A stretch of DNA of 64,000 nt from Floricoccus penangensis (GTDB lineage Bacteria > Bacillota > Bacilli > Lactobacillales > Streptococcaceae). The translations under genes and the position numbers were made by a program. The stretch covers positions 37,017 through 101,016 of the forward strand of contig NZ_MKIQ01000001.1 of the NCBI RefSeq assembly GCF_001832885.1, written 5' to 3'. The notes under the pieces are model-generated. The model ran no database searches. It was not told the DNA's origin and saw only the letters and a program-made list of their open reading frames with translations. Below, piece by piece: positions 31,298 to 41,826 of this stretch (position 1 is its first letter; every line of letters starts with the position of its first letter).

Positions 31298-32704
31298 TTA
31301 TAAGTTGCTATTGTTCTTCGAATTTTTATCATTATTTCGTTTTGTGGCATCATCTTTATTTTTAATAAGTTCTTCAAAATCAATACCAGTTGCATCTTTA
31401 ATTGCTTGGAAAGTTCGATCCATACCTATTTTTCCTAATTTTTCGATTCGATTTGCTTCAGCTTGCGCTGCTAATTCAATTTGTCTTGCTTCAATTTCTG
31501 CTTTAGCAATTTGACGAGCTTTATTTGCCTCAGCTTCCTGAACAGCAACGTAATGTCTTGTTTCAGCTTCTTTACGAAGAAAATCAGAATTGAACTCTTT
31601 TTCTCGTGCTTCTGCTTTCTTTTCTAGAAGCTCAATTTTCTTTTCTTGTTCTTCATATTCTAATTTCAACTGCTCCATTTTAGATTTTAGCTCAATTTGT
31701 GCTTTCAAAATTTCACGATCTTTTATAATATTAGCTTTTTCAATTTCTTGCATTTTTATCAAATTAGCTTGTTCAATTTGACCATCTTTCTCTATATTAG
31801 CACGTTCGATTTCACGATCTTTTTCTATATTAGCACGTTCAATTTCTTGATTTTTTATTATATTTGCTTGCTCAATTTCTTTGTCCTTCATCATATTAGC
31901 TTTTTTAATTTCACTTTTTACACGTTCTTGGACTTTTGCAATTTCTTCATCTAAATTTATTTTTATTTCTTGAAGTGCTTGTTCTTTTCGTTCTTCAGCA
32001 ATTTCTATGCTTCTCTTAATTTCTTCAAGCTGTGCCGCTTTATCATCTTCGGCTTGTTTAATACGGGTTTCAAGATCGGCAGAAGAGTATTCAAGCTGTG
32101 CCTTTCTTTTGTTTTCAACTATCTGAAGTTTAGTGATTGCATCTATGTAACCATTGCCATCATTAATTTCTTTTATTGAAAGTGATAGTAATTCGATTCC
32201 CATTTTTTTAAGTTCAATTGAAGCCATAGCTTGTATCTGTTCAATTATATATGATTTATCTGTATATATATCTTCCTCTGTCATTGTACTTAAGACAGCT
32301 TGTATCTGTTTTTCAATGATTTCCTTAGCATCTTCTTCAATTTTTTTTGAAGGCTCTCCTAGATAATGCTCTACAGCATTTTTAATATACTTGTCTGTTG
32401 TTCCGATTCTTACCAACGCTGAAGCAGTAGCTTGAAAAGGTATCCCTCCATCCATATATATTTCATTGACTTCAAGATCAATTTTTTTAGTTAGAAGGCT
32501 GAGCGTATGTGCTTTCTGTAAAAATGGAACTATATATGTTCCTCCATCTGTAACTACCCTGACTCCCTCTTTATTTTTAAGATTTTTCCCCGAAACTACA
32601 AGTGCTTGATTTGGTTCTCTCTTTACATAAGTTGCTACAAGTAATACTGCAATTAAAATAAAAATGATTAAGATTACCATTAATACAATTAAAATTTTTG
32701 ACAT
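31298..32704 (-). CDS. Flotillin-like SPFH/band-7 protein (FloT/YuaG-type), 468 aa
   Basis: Start moved to ATG 32704 (RBS GGGGGAAAAT). N-terminal TM, SPFH domain, and long E/A/K/Q coiled-coil C-terminus typical of flotillins. Confidence 0.8.
   Translation of the reverse strand: MSKILIVLMVILIIFILIAVLLVATYVKREPNQALVVSGKNLKNKEGVRVVTDGGTYIVPFLQKAHTLSLLTKKIDLEVNEIYMDGGIPFQATASALVRIGTTDKYIKNAVEHYLGEPSKKIEEDAKEIIEKQIQAVLSTMTEEDIYTDKSYIIEQIQAMASIELKKMGIELLSLSIKEINDGNGYIDAITKLQIVENKRKAQLEYSSADLETRIKQAEDDKAAQLEEIKRSIEIAEERKEQALQEIKINLDEEIAKVQERVKSEIKKANMMKDKEIEQANIIKNQEIERANIEKDREIERANIEKDGQIEQANLIKMQEIEKANIIKDREILKAQIELKSKMEQLKLEYEEQEKKIELLEKKAEAREKEFNSDFLRKEAETRHYVAVQEAEANKARQIAKAEIEARQIELAAQAEANRIEKLGKIGMDRTFQAIKDATGIDFEELIKNKDDATKRNNDKNSKNNSNL
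31725..31925 (-). repeat. In-frame 33-bp tandem repeat (about 6 units) inside the flotillin gene, encoding EIE(R/Q)ANI(I/E)K(D/N)x 11-mers
   Basis: DNA units ...tattagcacgttcgatttcacgatcttt... reiterated; protein KDKEIEQANIIKNQEIERANIEKDREIERANIEKDGQIEQANLIKMQEIEKANIIKDREI. Confidence 0.7.
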
Positions 32705-33217
32705 ATTTTCCCCCAATTTATAAGTTTTAATAATGATTTTACTTTTTTTTCTAAACTGCAACATGAAAAAAATTTTGAAATTAATCAATCTACAATTATT
32801 TCATTAAAATAATAAAATAATTAAATTTTAAACTCCCCACAAATTTAAAATTATAATTTTAAAAACTCAAATGTATGTATTTTGTTAACAATTAAGAAAA
32901 ATGCAGTAACATCCTATTGATTAGTATTATAATGCAAAAGTTTTTTTAAACAAAATAAAAACTCATTTTAGAGTATCAATGAGTTAAATTTATAGTAAAA
33001 ATTTGTATAAATTTGATGATTTTTAATTTCTAATCTTTTTTTACTTTTATAAAATATTTGAAGTATTGTACTCTCTGGAAATTTGTTGGAATGCTTCATG
33101 AATTGGAAGTAAATAGGAGAAAAATATCGCAGATAGGGTACAAAAAAACAGCTATCAATTGATAACTGTTTTTAAGTTTGTACCTTATATCATATAAAAT
33201 TAAGATATCATATAAAA

Positions 33218-33460
33218 TTAAGCTTTTTGCTCTGCAATATAGTCAACAACATTACCGATTGTAATTATACGATCAGCATCTTCGTCTGAAATTTCAATAT
33301 CAAATTCATCTTCAAGGGCTAGAGTAAATTCCATGATTGAGATAGAATCAGCATGAAGATCATCTACAATATCAGTTTCAAGTGTAATCTGATCTGGCTC
33401 AATTTCTAAGCTTTCAGCCAATGTATCTTTGATTTGGTTAAAAATTTCTTCTTTAGTCAT
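33218..33460 (-). CDS. acpP: Acyl carrier protein, 80 aa
   Basis: [11 protein letters not shown] phosphopantetheine-attachment region; immediately downstream of plsX. Confidence 0.8.
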   Translation of the reverse strand: MTKEEIFNQIKDTLAESLEIEPDQITLETDIVDDLHADSISIMEFTLALEDEFDIEISDEDADRIITIGNVVDYIAEQKA

Positions 33461-34466
33461 TTGTATGTGTTTCACTTTCTTTTTGATAATAATCTACAAG
33501 TTGTCCAACAACATTGCTTTCAAGCATTCTGTTGATTTGTTTAATTGTTGAATAAATAGCTTGCTCTTTTGAAGAACCATGTGATTTGATAACTGGAGCT
33601 TTGACACCGAATAGCACAGCACCGCCAGCCTTTTCATAATCCATTTTATCCTTCAAACCAAGCAGTCCATTTTTTAGGAGAAGAGCACCAGCTTTACCTC
33701 TAAGACCACTTTCAGTAATTGCTTCTTTTAATAACTTCATCATATTTGATGCAGTGCCCTCAATTGTTTTAAGAACAGCATTTCCTGTGAATCCATCAGT
33801 AACAACAACATCAGCAATCCCATCAAGAAGATCACGCGCTTCTATGTTACCGATGAAATTAATCGTTTCATCAGCTTCTAGAAGTTTAAAAGCTTCTTTA
33901 GTTAGAGGAGTCCCTTTTCCAGGTTCTGTCCCGTTATTAAGTAGACCTACTCGTGGATTTTCAATACCACGAATGTTTTTAGCATAGAAGGTACCAAGAG
34001 TTCCGTAGTTGTGGAGGTGTTTTGCTGTATTTTCAGCATTGGCACCTAGGTCGAGCATATCGAAACCAGTCCCATCAATTGTAGGCAAAGTTGAAAGTAA
34101 TGCTGGTCTTTCAACTTGTTTAATTCGTCCAATGACAAATAGTCCACTTGCTAATAAAGCACCTGTATTCCCAGCTGAAAGTAAAGCATCTGCATCGCCG
34201 TCTTTCACAGCTTGAGCAGCACGAACCATACTTGAATCTTTTTTCTTACGAATTGCTTTAACGGGTTCATCAGTACCTTCTATTTTTTGGGTAGTATGAA
34301 CGATAGAAATATTTTTATTTTCTTCGTCAAGACATTCTTTGATTTTTGCTTCATCTCCAAAGAGAATGAATTCAAGATTTGGAAAATCTTTGCTGGCAAG
34401 TTTCACTCCATCTACAATAGCTTTAGGAGCGAAATCACCACCCATTGCATCAACTGCAATTTTCAT
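33453..34466 (-). CDS. plsX: Phosphate acyltransferase PlsX, 337 aa
   Basis: Full-length PlsX signature ([18 protein letters not shown]...). Confidence 0.9.
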   Translation of the reverse strand: MKIAVDAMGGDFAPKAIVDGVKLASKDFPNLEFILFGDEAKIKECLDEENKNISIVHTTQKIEGTDEPVKAIRKKKDSSMVRAAQAVKDGDADALLSAGNTGALLASGLFVIGRIKQVERPALLSTLPTIDGTGFDMLDLGANAENTAKHLHNYGTLGTFYAKNIRGIENPRVGLLNNGTEPGKGTPLTKEAFKLLEADETINFIGNIEARDLLDGIADVVVTDGFTGNAVLKTIEGTASNMMKLLKEAITESGLRGKAGALLLKNGLLGLKDKMDYEKAGGAVLFGVKAPVIKSHGSSKEQAIYSTIKQINRMLESNVVGQLVDYYQKESETHTND

Positions 34467-34548
34467 ATGTATTCCTCTTATATAGTTTATATTTTAATGC
34501 AAGAATAATCCCACAAATTATTTCTTATATATATCGAATAAAATTGTA

Positions 34549-35349
34549 TCACAAATGTATTATTTTTTCAATTTCATCGATTACAGCACCAGCGTTATGA
34601 TGCCCAATTATATTTTCACTAACGCTTTTAACTTTTTCACGAGCATTGTCAACTGCATACGAATGGCCTGCATACTCAAGCATTTCCAAATCATTATGGT
34701 TATCGCCAAAGGCTGCAATTTCATTAGGATTTATATTCAATTTTTCAGCTAATTTTTCGAGTCCGGTCGCCTTATTTATATGGCTTGGGATAATATCAAG
34801 TCCCTCGAACCCAGTGGTAACAGCGCGATAGTCACCAATCCTAGAATTAAGCCAAGATTCAAACTCTAAAATATAATCAGCCGGCAAGTTTGCACTAAGC
34901 TTCAAGATCTTGTCATCAACCTCATCAAGACTTTTAATAATAATGAGATTTGAATAGTATATTTTCGATTTTTCTATGTAATCAGGGTCTGAGTTTTCAA
35001 AAATGTAAAAGCCTTTTTCACCAGATAAGAGGATTTTTTGTCCTATAAATCTTTCATTTTGAGAAACTAGGTCGAGGATTTTTTTAACATCATTCATTGA
35101 CATAACTTCTTCAAAAAGAATTTCATCCTCGTATGTCACAATTGCTCCATTCTCTGCTACAAAAGCCATTTGATCTTTGAAATCAGAAAAAACATTTTGT
35201 AGGGAAAGTAGCTGTCTTCCACTTGCAGCAGCAAAAACAACTCCTTTTTTATTTAGTTGATTGAGCACCTCTGAAAAACGTTCTTTATCGTATGTACTTG
35301 CGGCATTTAGAAATGTTCCATCCATATCTGTTGCGATTAATTTTATCAA
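34549..35349 (-). CDS. Cof-type HAD-IIB hydrolase, 266 aa
   Basis: DMDGTFL motif I and GDNHND motif IV. Confidence 0.8.
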   Translation of the reverse strand: MIKLIATDMDGTFLNAASTYDKERFSEVLNQLNKKGVVFAAASGRQLLSLQNVFSDFKDQMAFVAENGAIVTYEDEILFEEVMSMNDVKKILDLVSQNERFIGQKILLSGEKGFYIFENSDPDYIEKSKIYYSNLIIIKSLDEVDDKILKLSANLPADYILEFESWLNSRIGDYRAVTTGFEGLDIIPSHINKATGLEKLAEKLNINPNEIAAFGDNHNDLEMLEYAGHSYAVDNAREKVKSVSENIIGHHNAGAVIDEIEKIIHL

Positions 35350-35378
35350 TTATTCACTCCTATCCATGTTTGTTATGG

Positions 35379-35596
35379 TTGATTAAAATAGAAATAAGAC
35401 AAGGCGCTTCGCTGTGCTACGATGTCCATAGAACTTAAATTGCTAAAGCAATTAGTTCTAATGGCGACGAATTGATGATAGAACTAGCGTTCATCGAGAT
35501 GAGTCACTACGCCTTGCTCCGATGTCGATTATACTATAATAAGCAAGCTTATTAGTATAAATCGCAACGATGTATTAATCTATTTTTAAGTGACTG
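35379..35596 (+). repeat. BOX-like dispersed repeat, long form (copy B) with two extra internal modules
   Basis: Same termini as the other copies (TTGATTAAAATAGAAATAAGACAAGGCG ... CGATGTATTAATCTATTTTTAAGTGACT), with 60-nt and 59-nt insertions relative to the short form. Confidence 0.8.
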
Positions 35597-35608
35597 TAAA
35601 ATAAGAAA

Positions 35609-35640
35609 CTCATCAATTTGAAGTTGATGAGGATCTTTTT
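35609..35640. terminator. Terminator CTCATCAAtttgaagTTGATGAG flanked by T-runs (terminates the ABC-F gene on the minus strand)
   Basis: 8-bp stem; T-rich on both sides. Confidence 0.6.
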
Positions 35641-35653
35641 ATTTATTTAAGTA

Positions 35654-37276
35654 TTAGTTATTCCAAAGTTCTTTTACTTTTGCTTGAACTTCATCATTTT
35701 CAAGGAACTCGTCATATGTTTCATCTATCCTATCAATAACGCCATTCTTAGAAAGAACAACGATATGATTAGCTAGTGTTTCAATAAACTCATGGTCATG
35801 ACTGGCAAAAAGGATGCTTCCTTTGAATGCTTTCAATCCATCATTTAGAGCTGAAATTGACTCAAGGTCTAAATGGTTTGTTGGATCATCAAGAACAAGG
35901 ACATTTGACTTAAGTAACATAAGTTTACTTAACATTACACGTACTTTTTCTCCCCCTGAAAGAACGTTAACTGATTTATTAACTTCTTCCCCAGAGAATA
36001 ACATACGTCCAAGGAAACCACGTAAGAATGTGTTGTCGTCTTCTTCTTTGCTTGCGAATTGACGTAACCAGTCAAGTATAGTTTCTCCTCCAGCAAAATC
36101 ACGTGTATTATCTTTTGGAAGATATGATTGACTTGTAGTAACACCCCATTTAACTTCACCAGTGTACTCAATATCATTCATAAGAGCACGCATTAGAGTA
36201 GTAGTTTGGATATCATTTTGACCAATAAAGGCAACTTTATCGCCTGGTTTAAGGATAAAGTTGATATTATCAAGAATTACTTCACCATCAATTTCAACTC
36301 GTAAGTCTTTAACTGAAAGAAGATCATTACCAATTTCGCGTTCTGGTTTGAACCCAATAAATGGATATTTACGGCTACTTGGAACAATTTCTTCAAGTTC
36401 AATTTTATCAAGCATTTTCTTACGAGATGTTGCTTGTTTAGATTTAGAAGCGTTGGCAGAGAATCTTGCAACGAAATCTTGAAGTTCTTTGATCTTTTCT
36501 TCAGCCTTACGGTTTTGATCACCTTGAAGTCGAAGTGCAAGTTCACTTGATTCTTTCCAGAAGTCATAGTTACCAACGAAAAGTTTAATTTTTCCAAAAT
36601 CAAGGTCGGCCATGTGTGTACAAACTTTATTTAAAAAGTGACGGTCATGGGATACGACAATAACAGTATTTTCAAAGTTTATCAAAAACTCTTCTAACCA
36701 GTTGATAGCTTGAATATCTAGTCCATTTGTTGGTTCATCGAGTAGTAAAACATCTGGTTTACCAAATAGAGCTTTAGCAAGTAGTACTTTAACGTGTTCC
36801 CCAGCTGTTAGGTTAGCCATTAAATCAGAATGTTGACTAGCTGGAATACCAAGGTTTTGTAAAAGTGAAGCAGCTTCACCTTCAGCCTCATAACCACCCA
36901 TTTCACCAAATTGTGCTTCAAGTTCAGCAGCATGCATGAAATCATCATCAGTTGAGTCAGGGTTCATGTAGATAGCATCTTTTTCTTCTGCAATCTTAGC
37001 AAGAACTTCATTACCTGACATTACAACTTCAAGTGGAGTTTGTTCTTCATAGTCAAAGTGATTTTGACGAAGAACTGAAAGACGTTCATCTGTACCAAGT
37101 GAAACATGACCTGTTGAAGGCTCAATATCACCAGCTAAAATTTTTAAAAATGTTGATTTACCAGCACCGTTGGCACCGATAAGTCCATAACAATTTCCTG
37201 GTGTAAATTTGATGTTTACTTCATCAAAAAGTTTACGGTCTGAAAATTGTAAGCTAATATCGTTAACTGTAAGCAT
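35654..37276 (-). CDS. ABC-F family ATPase (two ABC domains, no TM domain), 540 aa
   Basis: Two Walker A sites (GANGAGKST, GQNDIQTTTL degenerate), two LSGG signatures and an inter-domain linker. ABC-F translation-factor-type architecture. Confidence 0.85.
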   Translation of the reverse strand: MLTVNDISLQFSDRKLFDEVNIKFTPGNCYGLIGANGAGKSTFLKILAGDIEPSTGHVSLGTDERLSVLRQNHFDYEEQTPLEVVMSGNEVLAKIAEEKDAIYMNPDSTDDDFMHAAELEAQFGEMGGYEAEGEAASLLQNLGIPASQHSDLMANLTAGEHVKVLLAKALFGKPDVLLLDEPTNGLDIQAINWLEEFLINFENTVIVVSHDRHFLNKVCTHMADLDFGKIKLFVGNYDFWKESSELALRLQGDQNRKAEEKIKELQDFVARFSANASKSKQATSRKKMLDKIELEEIVPSSRKYPFIGFKPEREIGNDLLSVKDLRVEIDGEVILDNINFILKPGDKVAFIGQNDIQTTTLMRALMNDIEYTGEVKWGVTTSQSYLPKDNTRDFAGGETILDWLRQFASKEEDDNTFLRGFLGRMLFSGEEVNKSVNVLSGGEKVRVMLSKLMLLKSNVLVLDDPTNHLDLESISALNDGLKAFKGSILFASHDHEFIETLANHIVVLSKNGVIDRIDETYDEFLENDEVQAKVKELWNN

Positions 37277-37380
37277 TTTTTCTCCTATAAAATATGTATA
37301 TATGCCACCATTTTACAGGTTTTTTAATGAAAAGTAAACGTTTGGGAACTTTTAGCTACCTTTTATGAATTCTTACATAT

Positions 37381-37409
37381 TTGTAAGTACCACTTTAATT
37401 CAGTATGAT
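37381..37409 (+). promoter_or_regulatory. dlt operon promoter TTGTAA-N17-TATGAT
   Basis: Lies 12 nt upstream of the dltX ATG. Confidence 0.45.
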
Positions 37410-37420
37410 ATAATAATAGT

Positions 37421-37570
37421 ATGAAAAAATTAGAAACAATTTTCACTGAGAATCGTGGGGTTAATTTTTTAGCCCGTACAGCATTATACTTTGTAATTTT
37501 ACTTGGTTTGCTGTATCTATATCACTATTCTGGTATAGGCCAAGGTGGCTTTATGTACAATGAATTTTAG
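37421..37570 (+). CDS. dltX: DltX small membrane protein, 49 aa
   Basis: MKKLETIFTENRGVNFLARTALYFVILLGLLYLYHYSGIGQGGFMYNEF has the DltX-type C-terminal F(M/I)YN(E/Q)F motif. Directly precedes dltA; missing from the ORF track because it is under 60 aa. Confidence 0.7.
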   Translation: MKKLETIFTENRGVNFLARTALYFVILLGLLYLYHYSGIGQGGFMYNEF

Positions 37571-37584
37571 AAGGAAATAACACT

Positions 37585-39054
37585 ATGTTAACAAACATTA
37601 TTAAGACAATTGATGGACACAATAAAGATGCCCTAGCATATGACTACCTAGGAGAGTTACATACATATGCAGAATTAAAAGAAAAGTCTGATCAATTGGC
37701 TGCTTATCTAATTGAACAAAACCTTCCTGAGAAAGCAGCGATTATGGTTTATGGAGGACATGAATTCGAGATGATGGTTGCATTTCTTGCTTCTGTTAAG
37801 AGTGGTCATGCCTACATTCCAGTAGATGTTAATTCATCGAATGATCGTATAGAGGGAATTGTGGAAGTAGCAAAACCAGCAGCACTTATAGCTGTCAATG
37901 AGCTTCCAATAGAAATTGATGTTCCTGTTATTAAACTTGATGAGAACATATTTACAGGCTCTGTTGAATTAGATGAATCACTTCAAGTAACGGGTGATGA
38001 TACGTATTACATAATATTCACTAGTGGAACAACTGGTAAACCAAAAGGTGTTCAAATAAGTCACGATAATCTTTTAAGTTTTACAAATTGGATGCTTGAA
38101 GATTTTAATTTGAAAAAAGAACCAGTAACATTAGCACAACCTCCATATTCATTTGATTTATCCGTAATGGAATGGGCACCAACATTAGCTCTCGGAGGAT
38201 GCTTAAAGGCACTTCCAAAAGAAGTTGCTGATGACTTTGCTCAACTATTTACAGTTTTACCTAAAATGGACTTAGAGGTATGGGTATCAACACCATCATT
38301 TTCTGAAGTTGCTATGCTTAGCCCAGAATTTAATCAGGAAAATTATCCTGAATTAAAGCATTTTCTTTTTTGTGGTGAAGAATTAACAGTAGGAACTGCA
38401 AAAAAACTTAAGGAAAGATTCCCTGAGGCGCAAATTTTCAATACTTATGGACCAACTGAAGCAACAGTTGCTGTAACTCGTGTTGAAATTACAAATGATT
38501 TAATTGAATCAAGTGATCGTTTACCTATTGGTTATGTAAAACCTAATACAACAATTCATATTGTTGATGGTGAGATTGTAATTGCTGGACCAAGCGTTTC
38601 TAAAGGATATATGAATAATCCTGAGAAAACTGCAGAAGCATTTTATGAAGTTGATGGGGAGCCTGCTTACCGTACAGGTGACTTAGGAAAATTTGATGAA
38701 AATGGTCTTCTTCATTATGGTGGGAGAAAAGATTTTCAAATTAAACTTCACGGATATCGTATTGAGCTTGAAGAAGTGAATCACTTTTTGAACCTATCAA
38801 AATACGTAAAATCAGCAGTTGCAGTTCCAAAATATGGAGCAGATCATAAAGTTCAGGCGATGGTTGCTTATGTAGTACCAAAAGAACACGAATTTGAAAA
38901 AAATATTCAATTAACAAACGCTATTAAAGCTGAGTTAAATGAAATTATGATGCCATATATGGTTCCAAGTCGTTTTAAATATGTAGATAGTCTACCAATC
39001 TCTCCTAATGGGAAAATTGATATCAAAGCTGTGATTGCTGAGGTGAATAAATAA
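37585..39054 (+). CDS. dltA: D-alanine--D-alanyl carrier protein ligase, 489 aa
   Basis: Adenylation motifs (TSGTTGKPKG, YGPTE). Confidence 0.9.
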   Translation: MLTNIIKTIDGHNKDALAYDYLGELHTYAELKEKSDQLAAYLIEQNLPEKAAIMVYGGHEFEMMVAFLASVKSGHAYIPVDVNSSNDRIEGIVEVAKPAALIAVNELPIEIDVPVIKLDENIFTGSVELDESLQVTGDDTYYIIFTSGTTGKPKGVQISHDNLLSFTNWMLEDFNLKKEPVTLAQPPYSFDLSVMEWAPTLALGGCLKALPKEVADDFAQLFTVLPKMDLEVWVSTPSFSEVAMLSPEFNQENYPELKHFLFCGEELTVGTAKKLKERFPEAQIFNTYGPTEATVAVTRVEITNDLIESSDRLPIGYVKPNTTIHIVDGEIVIAGPSVSKGYMNNPEKTAEAFYEVDGEPAYRTGDLGKFDENGLLHYGGRKDFQIKLHGYRIELEEVNHFLNLSKYVKSAVAVPKYGADHKVQAMVAYVVPKEHEFEKNIQLTNAIKAELNEIMMPYMVPSRFKYVDSLPISPNGKIDIKAVIAEVNK

Positions 39055-40268
39055 TGATGGATTTTTTACATAAGATACCGAACTTGGACGCTTATGGGAA
39101 TCCTCAGTATTTTGTTTATCTGGCTATCGCGCTATTACCTATAGTCATAGCTATGTATCATCAGAAAAGATTGCATGTATATGAAGCTCTAGTTCAATTT
39201 GGTTTTATCTTTGTAATGTTTACTGGGGTAAAATGGCACCAGGGCATGGCTCTACTTGCATATATAGCCTGGGAGTTTATAATAGTTGGTGGATACATGA
39301 CATATAGAAAAAAAGCTAACAATAGTATTGTTTTCTACGTCATGACCTTCTTATCGGTGCTCCCTTTGCTTATGGTTAAGCTTACACCAGCACTGCTAGG
39401 TCATCATTCGTTCCTAGGATTTATGGGGATTAGTTATTTAACTTTCCGTGCTACCGGAATGGTAATGACTGCACGTGATGGTGTAATAAGTGAATTTAAA
39501 CCGGCCATGTTCTTTAAGTTTGTATTATTCATGCCTACTTTTACTAGTGGTCCAATTGACAGATATGAGCGCTTCGAAAAAGACTATAACAATATTCCTG
39601 ATAAGGAAGAGTATCTTGATATGCTTCAAAAGGCAGTTTGGTACGTTATGCTTGGCTTCCTATATAAATTCTTAATTGCCTATGTACTAAAAGAGTATTT
39701 CCAAATCTTTTTGGAAAAAGCAGCCATTGCTAAAGGTGGACTTTCATGGCCATTAGTAGGGTATATGTATGTCTATGGACTAGATTTATATTTTGATTTT
39801 GCAGGATATTCAATGTTTGCTGTCGCTATATCTTATTTGTTCGGGATTAGATCACCTATCAACTTCAATCGACCATTTATCTCTAAAAACCTTAAAGATT
39901 TCTGGAATCGTTGGCATATGAGCTTGAGTTTTTGGTTCCGTGATTTCGTCTTTATGAGATTATCTTTTCTTCTCATGAAGAAAAAGGTATTTAAGAGTCG
40001 TGTTACAACAGCAAACGTAGCCTATATCTTCAATATGCTATTAATGGGATTCTGGCATGGAGTTACATGGTATTATATTGCATATGGTCTCTTCCATGGA
40101 GTTGGACTTGTCATCAATGATGCGTGGCTTAGATACAAAAGAAAACATAAGAAAGAAATACCACATAATAAGTTCACAGAAATATTTGCAACCTTTATAA
40201 CTTTACAGGCTGTATTTGTAGGATTCCTAATATTCTCAGGAATTCTAGATAAAATATTTTTTAAATAA
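39054..40268 (+). CDS. dltB: MBOAT-family D-alanyl transfer protein DltB, 404 aa
   Basis: Polytopic membrane protein with the conserved His (FWNRWHMSLSFWFRDF). Confidence 0.9.
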   Translation: MMDFLHKIPNLDAYGNPQYFVYLAIALLPIVIAMYHQKRLHVYEALVQFGFIFVMFTGVKWHQGMALLAYIAWEFIIVGGYMTYRKKANNSIVFYVMTFLSVLPLLMVKLTPALLGHHSFLGFMGISYLTFRATGMVMTARDGVISEFKPAMFFKFVLFMPTFTSGPIDRYERFEKDYNNIPDKEEYLDMLQKAVWYVMLGFLYKFLIAYVLKEYFQIFLEKAAIAKGGLSWPLVGYMYVYGLDLYFDFAGYSMFAVAISYLFGIRSPINFNRPFISKNLKDFWNRWHMSLSFWFRDFVFMRLSFLLMKKKVFKSRVTTANVAYIFNMLLMGFWHGVTWYYIAYGLFHGVGLVINDAWLRYKRKHKKEIPHNKFTEIFATFITLQAVFVGFLIFSGILDKIFFK

Positions 40269-40293
40269 TTAAATTTCGAGAGGAAAAATAAAA

Positions 40294-40533
40294 ATGGAAA
40301 ATGTAAAAAATGGAATTATTGATATTATGGAAGAAGTTTCAGGAGAAGATGTAACTTCGATGATGGACGAAAATTTTTACGATAATGGTTTGCTTGATTC
40401 AATGGCAACTATTGAAGTATTAATGAGTATCCAAGACGAATTTGGTGTAACAATTCCTGTTTTAGGTTTTGTTCGCGAAGAGTGGGATACTCCAAATAAA
40501 GTTATAGCTAAGGTTACGGAGATGTTAGGATGA
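40294..40533 (+). CDS. dltC: D-alanyl carrier protein, 79 aa
   Basis: LDSM phosphopantetheinylation-site motif. Confidence 0.9.
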   Translation: MENVKNGIIDIMEEVSGEDVTSMMDENFYDNGLLDSMATIEVLMSIQDEFGVTIPVLGFVREEWDTPNKVIAKVTEMLG

Positions 40534-41813
40534 AACTAGTAAAACGCCTGTGGTGGATTTTTGGTCCATTAGTCATTGCAGCAGGTATTTTATTTAGTTT
40601 ACTAGCTTTTACTAATTCAGATGTAAGGTATTCAGATAAGGTTTTAAATAAAGCAGCTTCATCACTTGAGACACGAGTTTTTAAAGGACGTGCATTAAAA
40701 AAAGCGGCATTTCAGAATAAGGAAAAAAGGTATGTTCCTTTTATGGGTTCGAGCGAATTAACACGTTTTGATTCATTCCACCCATCAGTTCTTGCTGATA
40801 AGTACAAGAGAGACTACACTCCATTTCTTTTAGGATATATGGGTACTCAATCATTAACACAGTACTCAGCTATGCAACCAATTCAAGATGATATTGCTGG
40901 TAAGAAAGTAGTCTTCAGTATCAGTCCTCAATGGTTTGATCCAAAAGGACAAAATAAGGCAGCCTTTCAAACTTTCTATTCAAAAATTCAAGGAATTTAT
41001 TTCCTAAAAAACGCTACTAATTCTGCAGAAGATAGGTATGCGGCTCAAAGATATTTGGATATGGGAATTCAAGACGATGACCTTTTCAGACAAGTTGCTA
41101 AAGGACATCCATTAAGTGAGAAACAAAAAAGAAAAGTTAGTTTTGACTTAGGAATCTTGTCTAATGAAGATCTCTTATTTTCTCGTTTCGACTTAAAAGA
41201 TAACTATAAGAAAAAAATTATACCTATGGAAAAACCACTTCCAGATACTTATAATTATGAAGAATTGGATCAAATAGCTACAGATCAAGCTAAGGAAAAT
41301 ACTACAAATAATGATTTAGGCATTAAAAATAGTTTTTATAATGAGCGTTTAAGGGCTAATGTCGGTCGATTAAAAGGTTCTCAAGCACATTTTGACTATA
41401 CAAGATCAAAAGAATACAATGATTTTCAGTTAGTTCTTGATGAATTTGCTAAACAAAACATTGAAGTTCTATTTGTAATTCCGCCTATTAATCAAAAGTG
41501 GATTGACTACACAGGTTTAAGCCCTAAGATGTATCAAGATACTGTGAAAAAAATTAAACATCAATTAACTGAACAAGGTTTTAATAATATTGCAGACCTC
41601 TCTAATGAGAGTGATAAACCATATTATATGCAGGATACAATTCATATAGGATGGCGTGGATGGCTTGATTTAGATAGATATATCAATCCATTTCTATCTA
41701 AAAAGTATATTAAGCCTGAATATGAAATTGATAATGATCAATTCTTGTCTAAGGATTGGGCAATGTTAGAACCTGATAAAATTGGACAATCAACTTTAAA
41801 TACAGAAAATTAA
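40530..41813 (+). CDS. dltD: D-alanyl-lipoteichoic acid biosynthesis protein DltD, 427 aa
   Basis: N-terminal anchor plus DltD SGNH-like domain (FMGSSEL). Confidence 0.9.
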   Translation: MKLVKRLWWIFGPLVIAAGILFSLLAFTNSDVRYSDKVLNKAASSLETRVFKGRALKKAAFQNKEKRYVPFMGSSELTRFDSFHPSVLADKYKRDYTPFLLGYMGTQSLTQYSAMQPIQDDIAGKKVVFSISPQWFDPKGQNKAAFQTFYSKIQGIYFLKNATNSAEDRYAAQRYLDMGIQDDDLFRQVAKGHPLSEKQKRKVSFDLGILSNEDLLFSRFDLKDNYKKKIIPMEKPLPDTYNYEELDQIATDQAKENTTNNDLGIKNSFYNERLRANVGRLKGSQAHFDYTRSKEYNDFQLVLDEFAKQNIEVLFVIPPINQKWIDYTGLSPKMYQDTVKKIKHQLTEQGFNNIADLSNESDKPYYMQDTIHIGWRGWLDLDRYINPFLSKKYIKPEYEIDNDQFLSKDWAMLEPDKIGQSTLNTEN

Positions 41814-41826
41814 AAGGGGACACATC

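Noticed and set aside
31590-32366. Several plus-strand ORFs (31590..31781, 31697..31954, 31970..32179, 32154..32366) opposite the flotillin gene
   Set aside because: Products of the repetitive coiled-coil-coding region read antisense; low-complexity F/I/S-rich peptides.
32705-32788. N-terminal extension MINFKIFFMLQFRKKSKIIIKTYKLGEN of the flotillin ORF
   Set aside because: No RBS. The ATG at 32704 has a strong GGGGGA SD and begins directly at the TM helix, as in other flotillins.
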